From: an uncultured Gammaproteobacteria bacterium
GTDB lineage: Bacteria; Pseudomonadota; Gammaproteobacteria; JACCXJ01
Direction of reading: 5' to 3'
Length of the DNA stretch: 64,000 nucleotides
Assembly (NCBI GenBank): GCA_963764725.1
Contig: CAVXTM010000016.1
Span: 96,001 to 160,000 of the forward strand
Positions 52,878 through 63,329 of this stretch are shown here, piece after piece. Both the position numbers and the translations under genes were made by a program. The notes under the pieces were generated by a model, which worked only from the letters and a program-made list of their open reading frames with translations, ran no database searches and had not been told where the DNA came from. The stretch's first letter is position 1; every line of letters begins with the position of its first letter.

Positions 52878-54823
52878 GGGAGCGGGTCTTCCGGCGCCGC
52901 CGCATGCTCGAGGAGGATGCGCCGGATCTCCTCGATGACCTCGGGCTGCCCCTGGCACGAGTGATCCGACCGGACCACCAGCTCGGAGACCGCCTCGTCG
53001 ATGTGGGCGCTGCGGTAGGCCACGACGCCATCGTCTCCCTCCTCCTCCGGGCCATCACCCTTCACCGCGATAATCGAGTGCGCCGGAATCCGGGACGGAA
53101 CCGGGATGGATTCTAGGATTTGGAGGCCAGGGTTCTGCGGGTTCATGTTATCGACCGCGGTTGGCGGCCGACGGAGGGCCGCGACCAGCTTCTCGTCCCC
53201 GCTCGTCGTGGCGGCCTGGGCGAGCTCGCCGAACACCGCCACCGGCAAGGTCACGAGCCACGTAGCAATCGCCCCTAGCCGGCCGGTGGCGAGAAGGGCC
53301 CCGTGGTGGGGCGTCGCCACGAACACCACCCGCTCGACGAAGGGCAGGGAGGTGAAGAACGCAGACTGCCGCAGGAGATCGCGGGTCTCGGAACTGAGCT
53401 TGACCGCATCGAACGGCTTGCTGCTGATGCGGTCCCAGAATCGCGTCCCGCTATCGATTGCGGTAAGCTTGGTCAAGAGCCCCCCCTGGCTATGGCCGAT
53501 CACGACCATGCGGCGCAGCGCCGAATCCTTACCCTCGGGATCGAACTCCTGCACCGCAGCCGTCAGCGCGGCCCGCAGCCGTCCGGCCGAGTAGCCGATC
53601 GGGTTACCGGTGTCGTACAGAAAAACCCAGATCTGAAACCGCTCGCGGATCCGGGGATCGCCCTCGAGCTCGTTGATCAGCTCGGCCCAGCGCAAGGGGC
53701 TCGATGCCGTCCCGTGCACCAGCACCACGGGGATCTTCCCGGGCCGGTACGGGTGGAGCGTGAAGAGGCCGTCCTGGGCCCGGTCGCGCGGGATCAACCC
53801 TCGGAAGATTCCGCCGCGGAGGAACCCGGCGATCTCCATGTCGTAGATTGGGTTTCCTTCCAGTTGATAGGCGAGCGCTGCCGTCGGATCGGACTCGAGG
53901 GGCTGCTCCCGCCCATCCACCGTCACGGTCGAGGCCTGGTCCGCGGCATATAACTCGAGACGCCCACGGATCTGCCCGCTGGCCAAGCTTGCCCGCGCGT
54001 GATCGAAACGCAGCAGCGCGGTGACCGGGACCTTCGTGCGGGGTCCGAGGCGTTCCGACCCGACGACCTTTGCCGCCGCCTGTCCCGTCGCCAGGCTCGC
54101 TGCCAGAGGGGCGCCGAGGCCGGGGCTGCGGTAGCGGTTCCTGAGGCCTCGGACCTCGAGGGTCGTCGTCGAGACGAAGCGATCTAGCCGGTAGCCGCCC
54201 CACGTCAGGGCGGACTCGTCCAGGGTGACTCGGAGCGTCCCGAATGGGAGCTTATGCGCGCCCGACTCCAGCCGTACCTCCCCCTCGTCGCGCCCCGCGC
54301 TCAGCCCCTGGGCGACGGCCTGGTTGTAAAGATCGTACGCCAGCCGCAATCGGGGATCCGAGGGCTGGATCCGTATGCCGGCAGCGTCTCCCGGGAACAG
54401 GAGCGCCCAGCCATACACGGCCGACGCCAGGAAATGCGCGCGGTCGCCCGTGCGCTCGGCGTGGAGAAAGGACAGCTCCGCCAGCGCGAATAGGCGATCC
54501 TCGTCACCTGCCGGACTCAGCCCGCCATGCAGCTCGGCGAGGACCTTCTCCGGCTCCTCGTCGAACCGATCCAGGAGCCCGAGTCGCCTGAGCACCATTT
54601 TCGAGGGCTCCGACGGTTGGCCCACCGAGAGCGCGCTCTCGGTGTGAATGCGATAGGCGGTCTGGATGTCCACGGGCTGCACGCCGACCGGTGTCGCGCA
54701 TCCCGAGACAACCAGCGTGAGGCCGGTGAGCCCCAGAATCCACAGAGTAATTGGCGCGAGATGCGCCGTCGATCTGCCGAACCAGTCGCGGCTGAAATCG
54801 ACTAAGGTCGGTATGAAGTGCAA
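52874..54823 (-). CDS. Alpha/beta hydrolase lipoprotein
   Basis: VVSGC lipobox, PVVLVHGTAS, IGHSQGGL, DGVVAY, DHSCQ. Confidence 0.85.
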   Translation of the reverse strand: MHFIPTLVDFSRDWFGRSTAHLAPITLWILGLTGLTLVVSGCATPVGVQPVDIQTAYRIHTESALSVGQPSEPSKMVLRRLGLLDRFDEEPEKVLAELHGGLSPAGDEDRLFALAELSFLHAERTGDRAHFLASAVYGWALLFPGDAAGIRIQPSDPRLRLAYDLYNQAVAQGLSAGRDEGEVRLESGAHKLPFGTLRVTLDESALTWGGYRLDRFVSTTTLEVRGLRNRYRSPGLGAPLAASLATGQAAAKVVGSERLGPRTKVPVTALLRFDHARASLASGQIRGRLELYAADQASTVTVDGREQPLESDPTAALAYQLEGNPIYDMEIAGFLRGGIFRGLIPRDRAQDGLFTLHPYRPGKIPVVLVHGTASSPLRWAELINELEGDPRIRERFQIWVFLYDTGNPIGYSAGRLRAALTAAVQEFDPEGKDSALRRMVVIGHSQGGLLTKLTAIDSGTRFWDRISSKPFDAVKLSSETRDLLRQSAFFTSLPFVERVVFVATPHHGALLATGRLGAIATWLVTLPVAVFGELAQAATTSGDEKLVAALRRPPTAVDNMNPQNPGLQILESIPVPSRIPAHSIIAVKGDGPEEEGDDGVVAYRSAHIDEAVSELVVRSDHSCQGQPEVIEEIRRILLEHAAAPEDPLP

Positions 54824-54900
54824 CTCGTTATTGGCGGGCCGAGCGCGAGAAAATCTTCAGTGGCAGCCATATTTTCTAGAAATTTTGCCGCACCGACGGT

Positions 54901-55800
54901 TTAATATCCCGAAGGCGGAGCCACTACCATATAGCTGACGCCACCCCCTCCATAAGCCTGGGTGTACCAGGTCGAACCGCACTGGTAGTACGTCACGCCG
55001 CTGACAACGATCACGCTAGGCGTGCAGGGAAGGCTCGTGTAGCCCGCCGGTGGCGGCGTTGTGTATACCACCGTCGAGGGGGTAGTGGCCGAGGTTCCCG
55101 CCGCGTAGCCTGCCATGGCACCTACTGCCGCTGAGCCGATCGCCACGGCCGCGACTTCGCCACCGTCCCAGTCATCGTCGTCATGGTAGTAGCCCCCTCC
55201 GTGGTAAGCGCCGCCGTAATAGTGGTCGTCCGCGTAATTTTGCCGGTTGGACTGTCGTTCGGTGTAGCCTTGCTGACGGGCGTCGGTCCTTTCGCTATAG
55301 CCCTGCTGCCGGGATTCGACATTCTCATTCGATGCTTGCTGCCGGCTTTGCTGCTGCTGCGAGCGCGATTGCTGTGCTTGCTGCTGCTGTTGCTGCCGGC
55401 CCTGTTGCTGCTGGGAGCGCGACTGCTGGGCCTGCTGTTGTTGCTGTTGGCGACCGGAAGACCTCGCTTGCTGGTTGCTGGAAGCGGTCTGCTGGGTCTG
55501 GGAGCGCTGCGCGGACCTCTGCGAGTAGGCCGAGCTCCCGGAGCTCATCGAGCTAGACCTGGACGACGCTCCGCTGGCCCTGGACGACGCACCGCCCGCG
55601 CGGGACGAGAAGCTGCCGCTTGCAGCGGCACCACTGCGTGAAAAACCGCCGCCTCCGCCACCGCCTCCGCCGCCACCTCGCGAGAAACCGCCTCCGCCCC
55701 CGCCGCCTCCACGACGGGCGACAGCGTCATCCACGGACGCTATTAGTAAAACGATCGTGGCCGTAATAGCGGTAACGATCAAGTAAGGTTTGGTATTCAT
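54901..55800 (-). CDS. Exported Gly/Ser/Gln-rich low-complexity protein with DUF6515-like C-terminus
   Basis: Signal peptide, poly-G, QQQQQAQQSRS repeats, YYQCGSTWY..YMVVAPP. Confidence 0.75.
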   Translation of the reverse strand: MNTKPYLIVTAITATIVLLIASVDDAVARRGGGGGGGGFSRGGGGGGGGGGGFSRSGAAASGSFSSRAGGASSRASGASSRSSSMSSGSSAYSQRSAQRSQTQQTASSNQQARSSGRQQQQQQAQQSRSQQQQGRQQQQQQAQQSRSQQQQSRQQASNENVESRQQGYSERTDARQQGYTERQSNRQNYADDHYYGGAYHGGGYYHDDDDWDGGEVAAVAIGSAAVGAMAGYAAGTSATTPSTVVYTTPPPAGYTSLPCTPSVIVVSGVTYYQCGSTWYTQAYGGGGVSYMVVAPPSGY

Positions 55801-56657
55801 TTCTGTCCTCCGGTTTGCTTCGGGGTTGTCGCTCCCTGAAGCGCGATTTGCGGCAACTGTGCGAGGAAGGAGATCTTCCGTGCACCTTCGGGCGGCGTGA
55901 ACGCGAACTGGGAGTCCTGGACTTCGGGCGAGAAGTTCCAATCGGAAAACTCTGCCCGGAACTGGGGCTGGCCTTCCGCATTCTTGTAGGTCAATACCAC
56001 TCGGAGCGGCAACGGCTGAGCGCCCTCCGCGATCCAGACCTGATAATCCACCGTCTCGGTGCGTCCCGCCAGGTGATGGGTCGGTCTCCCCTCGATTTCG
56101 GTCCTCTCTACATAATCGAGCGACCGGGTGCGGCGTTGGATCTCCTCCGGAAACCGGCTCAGCAAGAGCGCAGCGAGCGGCAGCCGCATGTGGAGATCTT
56201 TGAGGAAATACACGACCGCCTCGTCGATGCCTCCGGGTTTGGATGCTTGAGCATAGACGTTCTGCGACGGGCTGAACACCGTGATGTTCTTACCGTCGTA
56301 GAGGACGAGATGCTGCTCGCCGTCGCTATGCTCCGCCTCGACGCGCAGACCGTTCGGCCGGCTCACGGTGATCTTCCGCATCTCGCCGAATTCGATCTTC
56401 TGGCCGGATCCCTGAACCACGTCGTAATTGCCCTGGACGTTCACACTGAAACGCGGGGCCTGGGCCAGGTAGCCGGCCATGCGCAGGAGGATATCCTTCG
56501 CCTCCTTAGGCTCCGCCACCACTTGCGCCGCCGGTCCCGGGGTAGCCGCAGGCTCCGGGCGCGTTGCTGCCTCCTCGGCCGCACAGCCGGACAGAACCAG
56601 AAGCACCGGCGCACACAGCGCCGCATGCAGGGCCCACCCACAACGTACTATTTTCAT
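55797..56657 (-). CDS. DUF2092 (LolA-like) lipoprotein
   Basis: LSGC lipobox, VSRPNGLR, VDYQVWI..PLPLRVVLTY, FAFTPPEGA. Confidence 0.85.
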   Translation of the reverse strand: MKIVRCGWALHAALCAPVLLVLSGCAAEEAATRPEPAATPGPAAQVVAEPKEAKDILLRMAGYLAQAPRFSVNVQGNYDVVQGSGQKIEFGEMRKITVSRPNGLRVEAEHSDGEQHLVLYDGKNITVFSPSQNVYAQASKPGGIDEAVVYFLKDLHMRLPLAALLLSRFPEEIQRRTRSLDYVERTEIEGRPTHHLAGRTETVDYQVWIAEGAQPLPLRVVLTYKNAEGQPQFRAEFSDWNFSPEVQDSQFAFTPPEGARKISFLAQLPQIALQGATTPKQTGGQK

Positions 56658-56971
56658 AGCGGATCTCTCCTTGCTGCGTTCGTTTTGAGGACTGATGCAA
56701 TCGACCCGTCCGCGCCTCTTCACATTGTAGAGGTGAGGGTCGGCCTGCCGCAATCCCTTACGGTCCCGCAGCCTATCCCGGGGCAAGACCCGGACGAAGC
56801 CGGTGCCAAGTACTTGATGCGGCGTGTGCTACTCTTTGCGAATGGGGCGCCCGCCGTGGGGCTGATGTCGTCGCCAGCAACGCCATCTCCCCACAGGAGT
56901 TGGGGCCGCTTCAAGTTCCAAATAAGAATACCTCGGACGCAGCTCAGGCCTCAGTTGGGAGATCGCGAGAA

Positions 56972-58078
56972 ATGAGTAAGTTGAACACGACAGCCATGGC
57001 CCTGATGGTGACGCTTGTGTGCTGCACGCGGATAGCTACCGCCGATCCCATTGCTGGCTCCGGGAGTGACCCTCTACGAACAGCATCGAGCAAGCCCTTT
57101 CTTCTCGCGCCTCCGGAGGAAGCACGTCCCGTCGTGGTTCGCGCCCGCTTTGAGGTTCATGGCATCAATGAGATTAACGACGAGGCGGAAACGTTCGAGT
57201 TCGCAGGCGTACTCACGCTCAAGTGGCATGACCCACGCCAGGTCTTCGACCCCGCTGCTGTGGGAGTGGGTGAACAAATCTTCCAGGGCGGCTACCAGTT
57301 CAACGAGCTCTCGACTGGCTGGTATCCGCAGGTGGTCCTCGTCAACGAATCTGGCTTGTACCAGAAGAACGGAGTCGTGCTGCGCGTACTGCCGGACGGA
57401 ACCTCGACTCTGATCGAGACATTGAATGCTGCTGCGAAGGCAGAGTTCAACATGAGGCGATTCCCGTTCGATGGGCAGCGCCTCGAAGCCGTGTTTGAAG
57501 TCCTGGGGTTCGATCGGGATGAGGTAGTGCTGCAAGCGGAATCAGATGCTGCCAGTTCCTTGGCCAGCGAAGTTCGGATTCCTCAATGGACCATCACAGG
57601 AGCCAGTGTGTCTGTACGGGATCGCTCCGCATCCTACGCCGGACGCCGAGGGGTTTCGTCAGCGTTCGTCGTGAGCGTTGATGTACAGCGAGAGTCCTTT
57701 TATATGAGCCGACTCGTCATCATTCCTCTCGTTGTGATCGTAGTGCTCTCGTTCTCGGTGTTCTGGATGGATCGGTCGTCGCTCGGCGATCGGCTCAGTG
57801 TCTCGTTCATCGGGATCCTGACCGGCGTCGCCTACCAGATCGTGATGAGCGAGCACCTGCCCCGCATCTCGTATCTCACGTTCATGCACGGGTTTCTAAA
57901 CCTCAGTTTCCTGACCATGTGCGCGACAGTCGTAATCAACCTGGTGGTGGGCACGCTGGATAAGCAGGGAAAGAGCGAGCTTGGAGATCTCATCGATCGA
58001 CGTTGTCGATGGGGATTCCCTCTCATGTACTTCGGACTCAGCCTCGTCATGCTCGGTGTGGCGATGCTGTTGTTCTAG
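56972..58078 (+). CDS. Prokaryotic pentameric ligand-gated ion channel (ELIC/GLIC-like)
   Basis: Signal peptide; LKWHDPR, WYPQVVLVN, Pro-loop MRRFPFDGQ; four TMs including M2 DRLSVSFIGILTGVAY and LPRISYLT. Confidence 0.88.
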   Translation: MSKLNTTAMALMVTLVCCTRIATADPIAGSGSDPLRTASSKPFLLAPPEEARPVVVRARFEVHGINEINDEAETFEFAGVLTLKWHDPRQVFDPAAVGVGEQIFQGGYQFNELSTGWYPQVVLVNESGLYQKNGVVLRVLPDGTSTLIETLNAAAKAEFNMRRFPFDGQRLEAVFEVLGFDRDEVVLQAESDAASSLASEVRIPQWTITGASVSVRDRSASYAGRRGVSSAFVVSVDVQRESFYMSRLVIIPLVVIVVLSFSVFWMDRSSLGDRLSVSFIGILTGVAYQIVMSEHLPRISYLTFMHGFLNLSFLTMCATVVINLVVGTLDKQGKSELGDLIDRRCRWGFPLMYFGLSLVMLGVAMLLF

Positions 58079-58155
58079 CCATGAACCTAACCTTGACGAC
58101 TTGGATTAGAGCCCGGTGAAGTGACCAACCAATCAACCACTGAAAGGGCACAACC

Positions 58156-59644
58156 ATGAAGAACAGAACTATGCTCCCTGCCCTCAGCCTGGGCATTGGC
58201 CTTGCCGTCGGCGCCGCCGCAACATTCTTGCTGGCAAGCACAGAAGATACGGTGGCGCAGGTCGGGGCTGGAGCCGACCAGCTAAAGAAGCTCGCCGCGG
58301 GGGGCTACGAAACGGACCCAGAGGTCCTGAAGGCTATTGCGACCGGTGGTACACCCATGGGCCGCTGGAAGGAAGGTCTCACCTTCGACGGGGTCGCACC
58401 GATGCCCTGGCTCAAGAGCGCGGCGAACTGGTTCCCGAAGACGGAAGAGGTCCAGCCCGACGAGATCCGCGTGACCTTCATGGGCAGTTCGCCGCTGCCG
58501 CGGCCCGGACAGATGGGCACCTCGGTTTACGTCGAGCTCGGCAACGGCGACAACTTCATCTTCGACATGGGGCCGGGCTCGATCGCCAACTACCTTGCGG
58601 CGGGCGTGCCGCTCAATCGTCTGAACAATATCTTCCTCACCCACCTGCACTGGGACCACGTCGCCACCGTGCCGTATGTCTACATGTTCGGTGCGTGGGC
58701 GGGTCGCTGGCACGAGACGTTTCGCGTCACCGGACCGTCGGGTACGAAGCCCGAATACGGTACTCGCTACATGATGGATCGGATGAAGGAGATGCTGACC
58801 TGGCATCGCGACCAGCTTCGACGAGTCGCCGATCGGCAAAGGCTTCGATATGGAGGTCAATGAGTTCGATTTTCGCGACGACGGCGGCGTGGCCTACGAG
58901 AAGCGCGGCGTCAAGATCACGCACTGGCGCCAATCGCACACCGAGGACGGCGCCTCAGCCTATCGCCTCGACTGGAACGGCATGAGCGTCGCCTTCACCG
59001 GCGACGGCCGTCCGAACTCGCTCACCATCAAGTACGCCGAGGGAGTTGACCTGCTGATCACGGAAGTCCAAGCCGAACTGGTAGCGATCAGCGCTACGGT
59101 GAATGGCGTGTTGCCCGTGATTGGTCGCAACACCGTGGACATGGCCCACAATCCCGGCTACGCGGCCGGATACCTGTTCAACAAGGTGAAGCCGCGCATG
59201 GCCATGACCACGCACATGGGCTACGACGCCTACTCCAACCCGGAGCTGCTGGCCGAGATCCGCCATCACTACAACGGGCCCTTCCATTTCGGCGCGCCCG
59301 ACATGGTGGTGGTGAACCTGACGCGCGACAAGGTCTGGGTACGCGATGGCGTGGTGCCAGATTACCCGAGCATGGCGCCGCCGAAGTTCGACATCGCCGC
59401 GATGGGCGGGTTGGTCATTCCGGCTCCGCGCAACAAGCGTGAGGACTTCCAGGAGCAGTCGATTCGCGACGCCGAGATTCCGCCGGACGATTACTACCCG
59501 AAGGGCTACAAGCCGGACCTGATTCCGGCCTGGCCAACCAGCAAGCCCATCTTCATCCCGGCCGACAATGTGCCGCCGGCTTGTGGCTGCACGGCAAGCC
59601 TGCGGCGGCCGCGCAGCCTGGAGCGGACGCCAAGGATGGGGTGA
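58156..59644 (+). CDS. Exported MBL-fold hydrolase (RNase Z/arylsulfatase-like), frameshift near 58812
   Basis: VTFMGS, FDMGPG, THLHWDH, AYRLDW..FTGDG, LLITE. Confidence 0.82.
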
Positions 59645-60014
59645 CGAAGAAGTGACCGCGATCTGGCTAATGCCCCGGCGGGCCAATCGCCGACACTGCG
59701 CAAGGGCAGTTGCGGCTCCCGCGCGAGGAGGGGAATATCACCGCTTCCCCAAAGCTTACCGCCCAGACTGATAATCAACCGCAAGCCCATCCATCAACAG
59801 ATTTCCTAGATTGCCTTCCCTCGGACCTACCGCTCGTATACTGGACAGCTGGACAGACCAGTGACGCCGCTGACCTCGGCGACCAACGTCTCACGCGGCA
59901 ACCCAGCCACTCATGGCGGCCTTAGAAATTAGCCATGAGTCGCAATCCCGTTACCACGGTGGTATCAATCCGGCTTAGGCTGGGGGAGAGGAATTGAAGG
60001 TTCGGCGTAAAATG

Positions 60015-60119
60015 GAGCCATGGCGTCAATTCAAAGTTGTAGTAGGTCTCCCCGTCATAGCGGTCGTTCAACCCGCGGAGGATGCCTTGGAACTGGTCGG
60101 TGAGCTCGACGTAGTAGAA
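60015..60119 (-). pseudogene. Possible OprB-like porin C-terminal snippet
   Basis: FYYVELTDQFQGILRGLNDRYDGETYYNFELTPW resembles the porin YNxxxTPW motif. Confidence 0.35.
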
Positions 60120-60121
60120 CC

Positions 60122-60180
60122 CGCCGATGGACTGGACGTTCGCACGGAGTCGTTGCTGGCGCTCGTGAACCCATCGAGCG
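60122..60180 (+). repeat. Chimeric copy of 47709-47750 (pqiB) joined to 50832-50851
   Basis: 41/42 and 19/20 identities, sharing GCT at the junction. Confidence 0.85.
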
Positions 60181-60343
60181 CACAGTTAACGATTGTATTG
60201 AACCGGGCGGACTGGTAATCTCGCGCGGCGGCTTTGGTGGTGGGGCTTCCGGTCGCTCGCACCGTTGAGGAGCGCGAACCTGACGTGCACGCTGAACAAG
60301 GCACGACCAACCGAAGATTCAGAAACAGAAGAGGAGATCGAAC

Positions 60344-60679
60344 ATGAAAAGCAGGGTTCGTCTGGCAACGGTTGCCTGTGGCTTCGCCGTGGCTACGCTC
60401 GCCGCAGGCTGCGCGATGCAAGAAAAGCAGACCATGGAGAGCCTCGATCAGCCCATCAACTGCGCCACGGCCGAAGGCGACATCCGGGTACTCCAGGGCG
60501 AAAAGACTCACGTAGCCCAGCAGGTCGCCTCGGGTTTGTCAGCGGTTGCTCCCGCCGGCATCGTCATGGGCCTTGTCACCGGCACGGAGGGGACGAAGCT
60601 GCAGGTGGCCACCGGCGACTACAACACGCAGATCGACCAGAGAATCGCCGCGATCAGGTCAACCTGCCAAGTACAGTAG
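60344..60679 (+). CDS. Small lipoprotein, unknown function
   Basis: GAGGAG RBS, LAAGC lipobox, two further Cys. Confidence 0.8.
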   Translation: MKSRVRLATVACGFAVATLAAGCAMQEKQTMESLDQPINCATAEGDIRVLQGEKTHVAQQVASGLSAVAPAGIVMGLVTGTEGTKLQVATGDYNTQIDQRIAAIRSTCQVQ

Positions 60680-60763
60680 GGCGCGGTGCCGAGAGGGAGT
60701 GATCCTGCTTAGCCGACTGCCGGGATCGGCCGCTCCCGGCAGATGGGCTGCTGAGGACGCGTG

Positions 60764-61021
60764 CTATTTCTTCTTATGGACCTTTACCGGTGCCCCTTCA
60801 GCGATCTCGTATTCAACCATGTCGCCCGTCTTCAGGTCTTCGGCGACGACATCAGCCACAGCGATTTCATACTCCTTACCGTCATCCCCTCTGATCTTGA
60901 CGACGTCTTCCGCAACCGCGATGACCGTTCCGCCCGCACTTTCACCTGCCAAAGACACGGTTGACGCCAACAACAGACCGGCGAGCACAGCCGCACAGAT
61001 ACTGACTATACGTATAGACAT
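60764..61021 (-). CDS. Small exported OB-fold-like protein
   Basis: GAGGAG RBS, signal peptide, LKTGDMVEYE. Confidence 0.65.
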   Translation of the reverse strand: MSIRIVSICAAVLAGLLLASTVSLAGESAGGTVIAVAEDVVKIRGDDGKEYEIAVADVVAEDLKTGDMVEYEIAEGAPVKVHKKK

Positions 61022-61120
61022 GTTTATTTTCTCCTCATTTTTCGATTGATGCGAGTACCTCGCCTTGGAGCGGCCTCCCACAGCGCGAACAAAAGATATA
61101 GTCATTAGCTCTTCTAATAA

Positions 61121-61221
61121 TTCCCTCTCCCCCAGGGAGAGGGCTAGGGTGAGGGATGTAAGTATATGATTGTTATACCCTCATCCTAACCTTCTCCCGG
61201 TCCGGAGGGAGAAGGGACTTT
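61121..61221. repeat. REP/REPIN-like palindromic element, copy 3
   Basis: CCCTCTCCCCCAGGGAGAGGGCTAGGGTGAGGG...CCCTCATCCTAACCTTCTCCC..GGGAGAAGGGACTT. Confidence 0.8.
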
Positions 61222-61453
61222 TCGCGATTTTTAGAGATCCCCATTAGACACGTCCCGGCGCCGGCTCGGTCAGTTTTCCCGATAGGGCCTGCAGGGTAGG
61301 CTGCACGTTAGATGCGGGCGGCCCGCGAGCTTAAGGTGCAGCCTCGAAGGAAGGTAAGACACCCAACGCCGCTTGTCAAGCTGAAGTCTTTTCCAACATG
61401 GTATGTGTCTGAACGGTAGCCGTTGGGTCGATCCTGGTTACGCCCGTAAGAGC

Positions 61454-63265
61454 TTAGGGGACCTGCCGAGCTTCCTCGGGCCTATCCGATACCTCGACCC
61501 CGGGCAGGTCGCGACGGAGGATAAGCACGTAAACGACGTAGACGGTCACAGGTGTCGCGAGGATGAGCCCCCAGACACCGAAGAAGTATTGCGCAACAGG
61601 CAAGATCGCAATAATAAGTGCGGGGTGCAGTTCCATCATTCGACCGAGGATACGCGGGCTGAGGACAAGACTCTCCATTAGCAGGACGAACGCCATCGCG
61701 GCCGAGACCTTGAGGGCGAGGACCGGCCCCCCACCGGGCTGAAACAGGGCAAAGGCCGCGACCAGTACCCAGGCGATCACTGCCCCCAGCGTCGGAATGA
61801 GGCAAAGCACAAACACCGCGAGGCTCAGTATCGCTGTATGCTCGAGACCTAGGAATGTGAGGGCGAAAAACATCATCGTCGCGTTGCAGAGGGCGATGAT
61901 CCCTTGAGCCCGCATCGAGCGGCCGACGAGCGTGGCGAGACGCGCGAGGACCCCGGTGATCTCGTTAAAGGCGTCGCGTAACCACGTTTCCCGTATCCGC
62001 AGCATACCGCGTTTCAGTTCCGGGTAGTCGATGCAGATGAAGAAGCTCAGCAATAGCGCGGTACCGAGATCGATCGGTATATGGAGAAGAGCGGCGATCC
62101 ATTGTTCCAGCCAGACCGCCACATCGCTGCTGATGCTGATACCGGCTTCGATGCGGTGGCGTATAAACTGGGCGGCGGCGCTGGTATTCCACCATTCCTG
62201 AAACAGCTCATGCTGTTTCTCGGATCTGAAATCGGCTTCTAGGCGCACCTCGCCGTCCTCTTGCATCGATGGGCTTTGCGCCTGCAGGACCCGACTAAAG
62301 GCACGCCGCCCCTGGGGGCGCGCTTTTTGAAGCTCAAGGTACTGTTCGAAAGTATAGGGCAGGGAGTCCGGGGCTGCCCGACGCCGCTTCTCGTAGTATT
62401 CTCGGAATTGCTCCTGATAGGCCGGTGAGGCCTTCGCCGTTACCAGGTCCCGATCGAGCGTGTCCGTAATCCACTCTTGCTTCCATGCAGTCAACGTCGG
62501 AAGGTCTCGGCGGGCCTGTCGCAGCAATTCATCCGGCTTGGCGGAGGCAGCTAAGCGGACGAGCGAGGCCGATCCGCGTCCATCCTCCGGTAGGTGCTGC
62601 CGGGCCTGCGCCTGCAGCCGCGGCAGCTTCTCGGTGAGGAACCATTGCTCGAACTCGTGGCTCGAGGTCCCCTCGCGGGCCAGCCTATCGCGGATGCGGG
62701 CAGCTTCGGCATTGCCGAACTGCTGGTGGAATTCGTCCTCCACCCAGGCCTCCAAGGTCGGAAAGGCATCGTAGGCCTTCCCATAGCGTTCGTCACTCGC
62801 GCGAAACGCCTCCAAGCTACGTTGGTAGTCTGGGTCTCGTGGGTTTCTATACGCCTGTGCGAACAGGTAGGGGCCGACGAAGTGCTCGAGGACGCGTGCC
62901 ATCTCGCTCTCGGCGCTGGCACGGCTCAGCCAACCGGCTAAATGCTGTCCCTGTTCCAATAACCGTGGGGTGACTAGACTGCCCAGCTCTACCAGGACCA
63001 AAGGAATGACCACATAGACGGCCGCGGTCAGCAGGCGACGCAGCCAGGGGCGCTCTCGGCCCGGCGAAAACCATCTCATGCCCCAACGAACCACGGCCAG
63101 GGTGACAAAGCAGAACACCAAGGTCATAAGGCCCAAAACCAAGAAATCCCGCATGAGGTAGCAAAACACGAGGAACGGCGCCCATATGGCGGCTTTCCTG
63201 ATGAGCGGGGGCCAGCCCGGCCGATCCGGGGAGGGCGATGGCGGCGGACCATCGGTCGAGCTCAT
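61454..63265 (-). CDS. AI-2E family transporter with large soluble insertion
   Basis: N-terminal TMs; C-terminal LCLIPTLG, MESLVLSPRILGRMMELHP, FGVWGLILATP; 603 aa. Confidence 0.85.
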   Translation of the reverse strand: MSSTDGPPPSPSPDRPGWPPLIRKAAIWAPFLVFCYLMRDFLVLGLMTLVFCFVTLAVVRWGMRWFSPGRERPWLRRLLTAAVYVVIPLVLVELGSLVTPRLLEQGQHLAGWLSRASAESEMARVLEHFVGPYLFAQAYRNPRDPDYQRSLEAFRASDERYGKAYDAFPTLEAWVEDEFHQQFGNAEAARIRDRLAREGTSSHEFEQWFLTEKLPRLQAQARQHLPEDGRGSASLVRLAASAKPDELLRQARRDLPTLTAWKQEWITDTLDRDLVTAKASPAYQEQFREYYEKRRRAAPDSLPYTFEQYLELQKARPQGRRAFSRVLQAQSPSMQEDGEVRLEADFRSEKQHELFQEWWNTSAAAQFIRHRIEAGISISSDVAVWLEQWIAALLHIPIDLGTALLLSFFICIDYPELKRGMLRIRETWLRDAFNEITGVLARLATLVGRSMRAQGIIALCNATMMFFALTFLGLEHTAILSLAVFVLCLIPTLGAVIAWVLVAAFALFQPGGGPVLALKVSAAMAFVLLMESLVLSPRILGRMMELHPALIIAILPVAQYFFGVWGLILATPVTVYVVYVLILRRDLPGVEVSDRPEEARQVP

Positions 63266-63329
63266 GGTCTCTGCTGCACGGAAAAATCCAAACTGCGGGC
63301 CCGAGTCCCGACGATGCCGTCGAGGCGGC

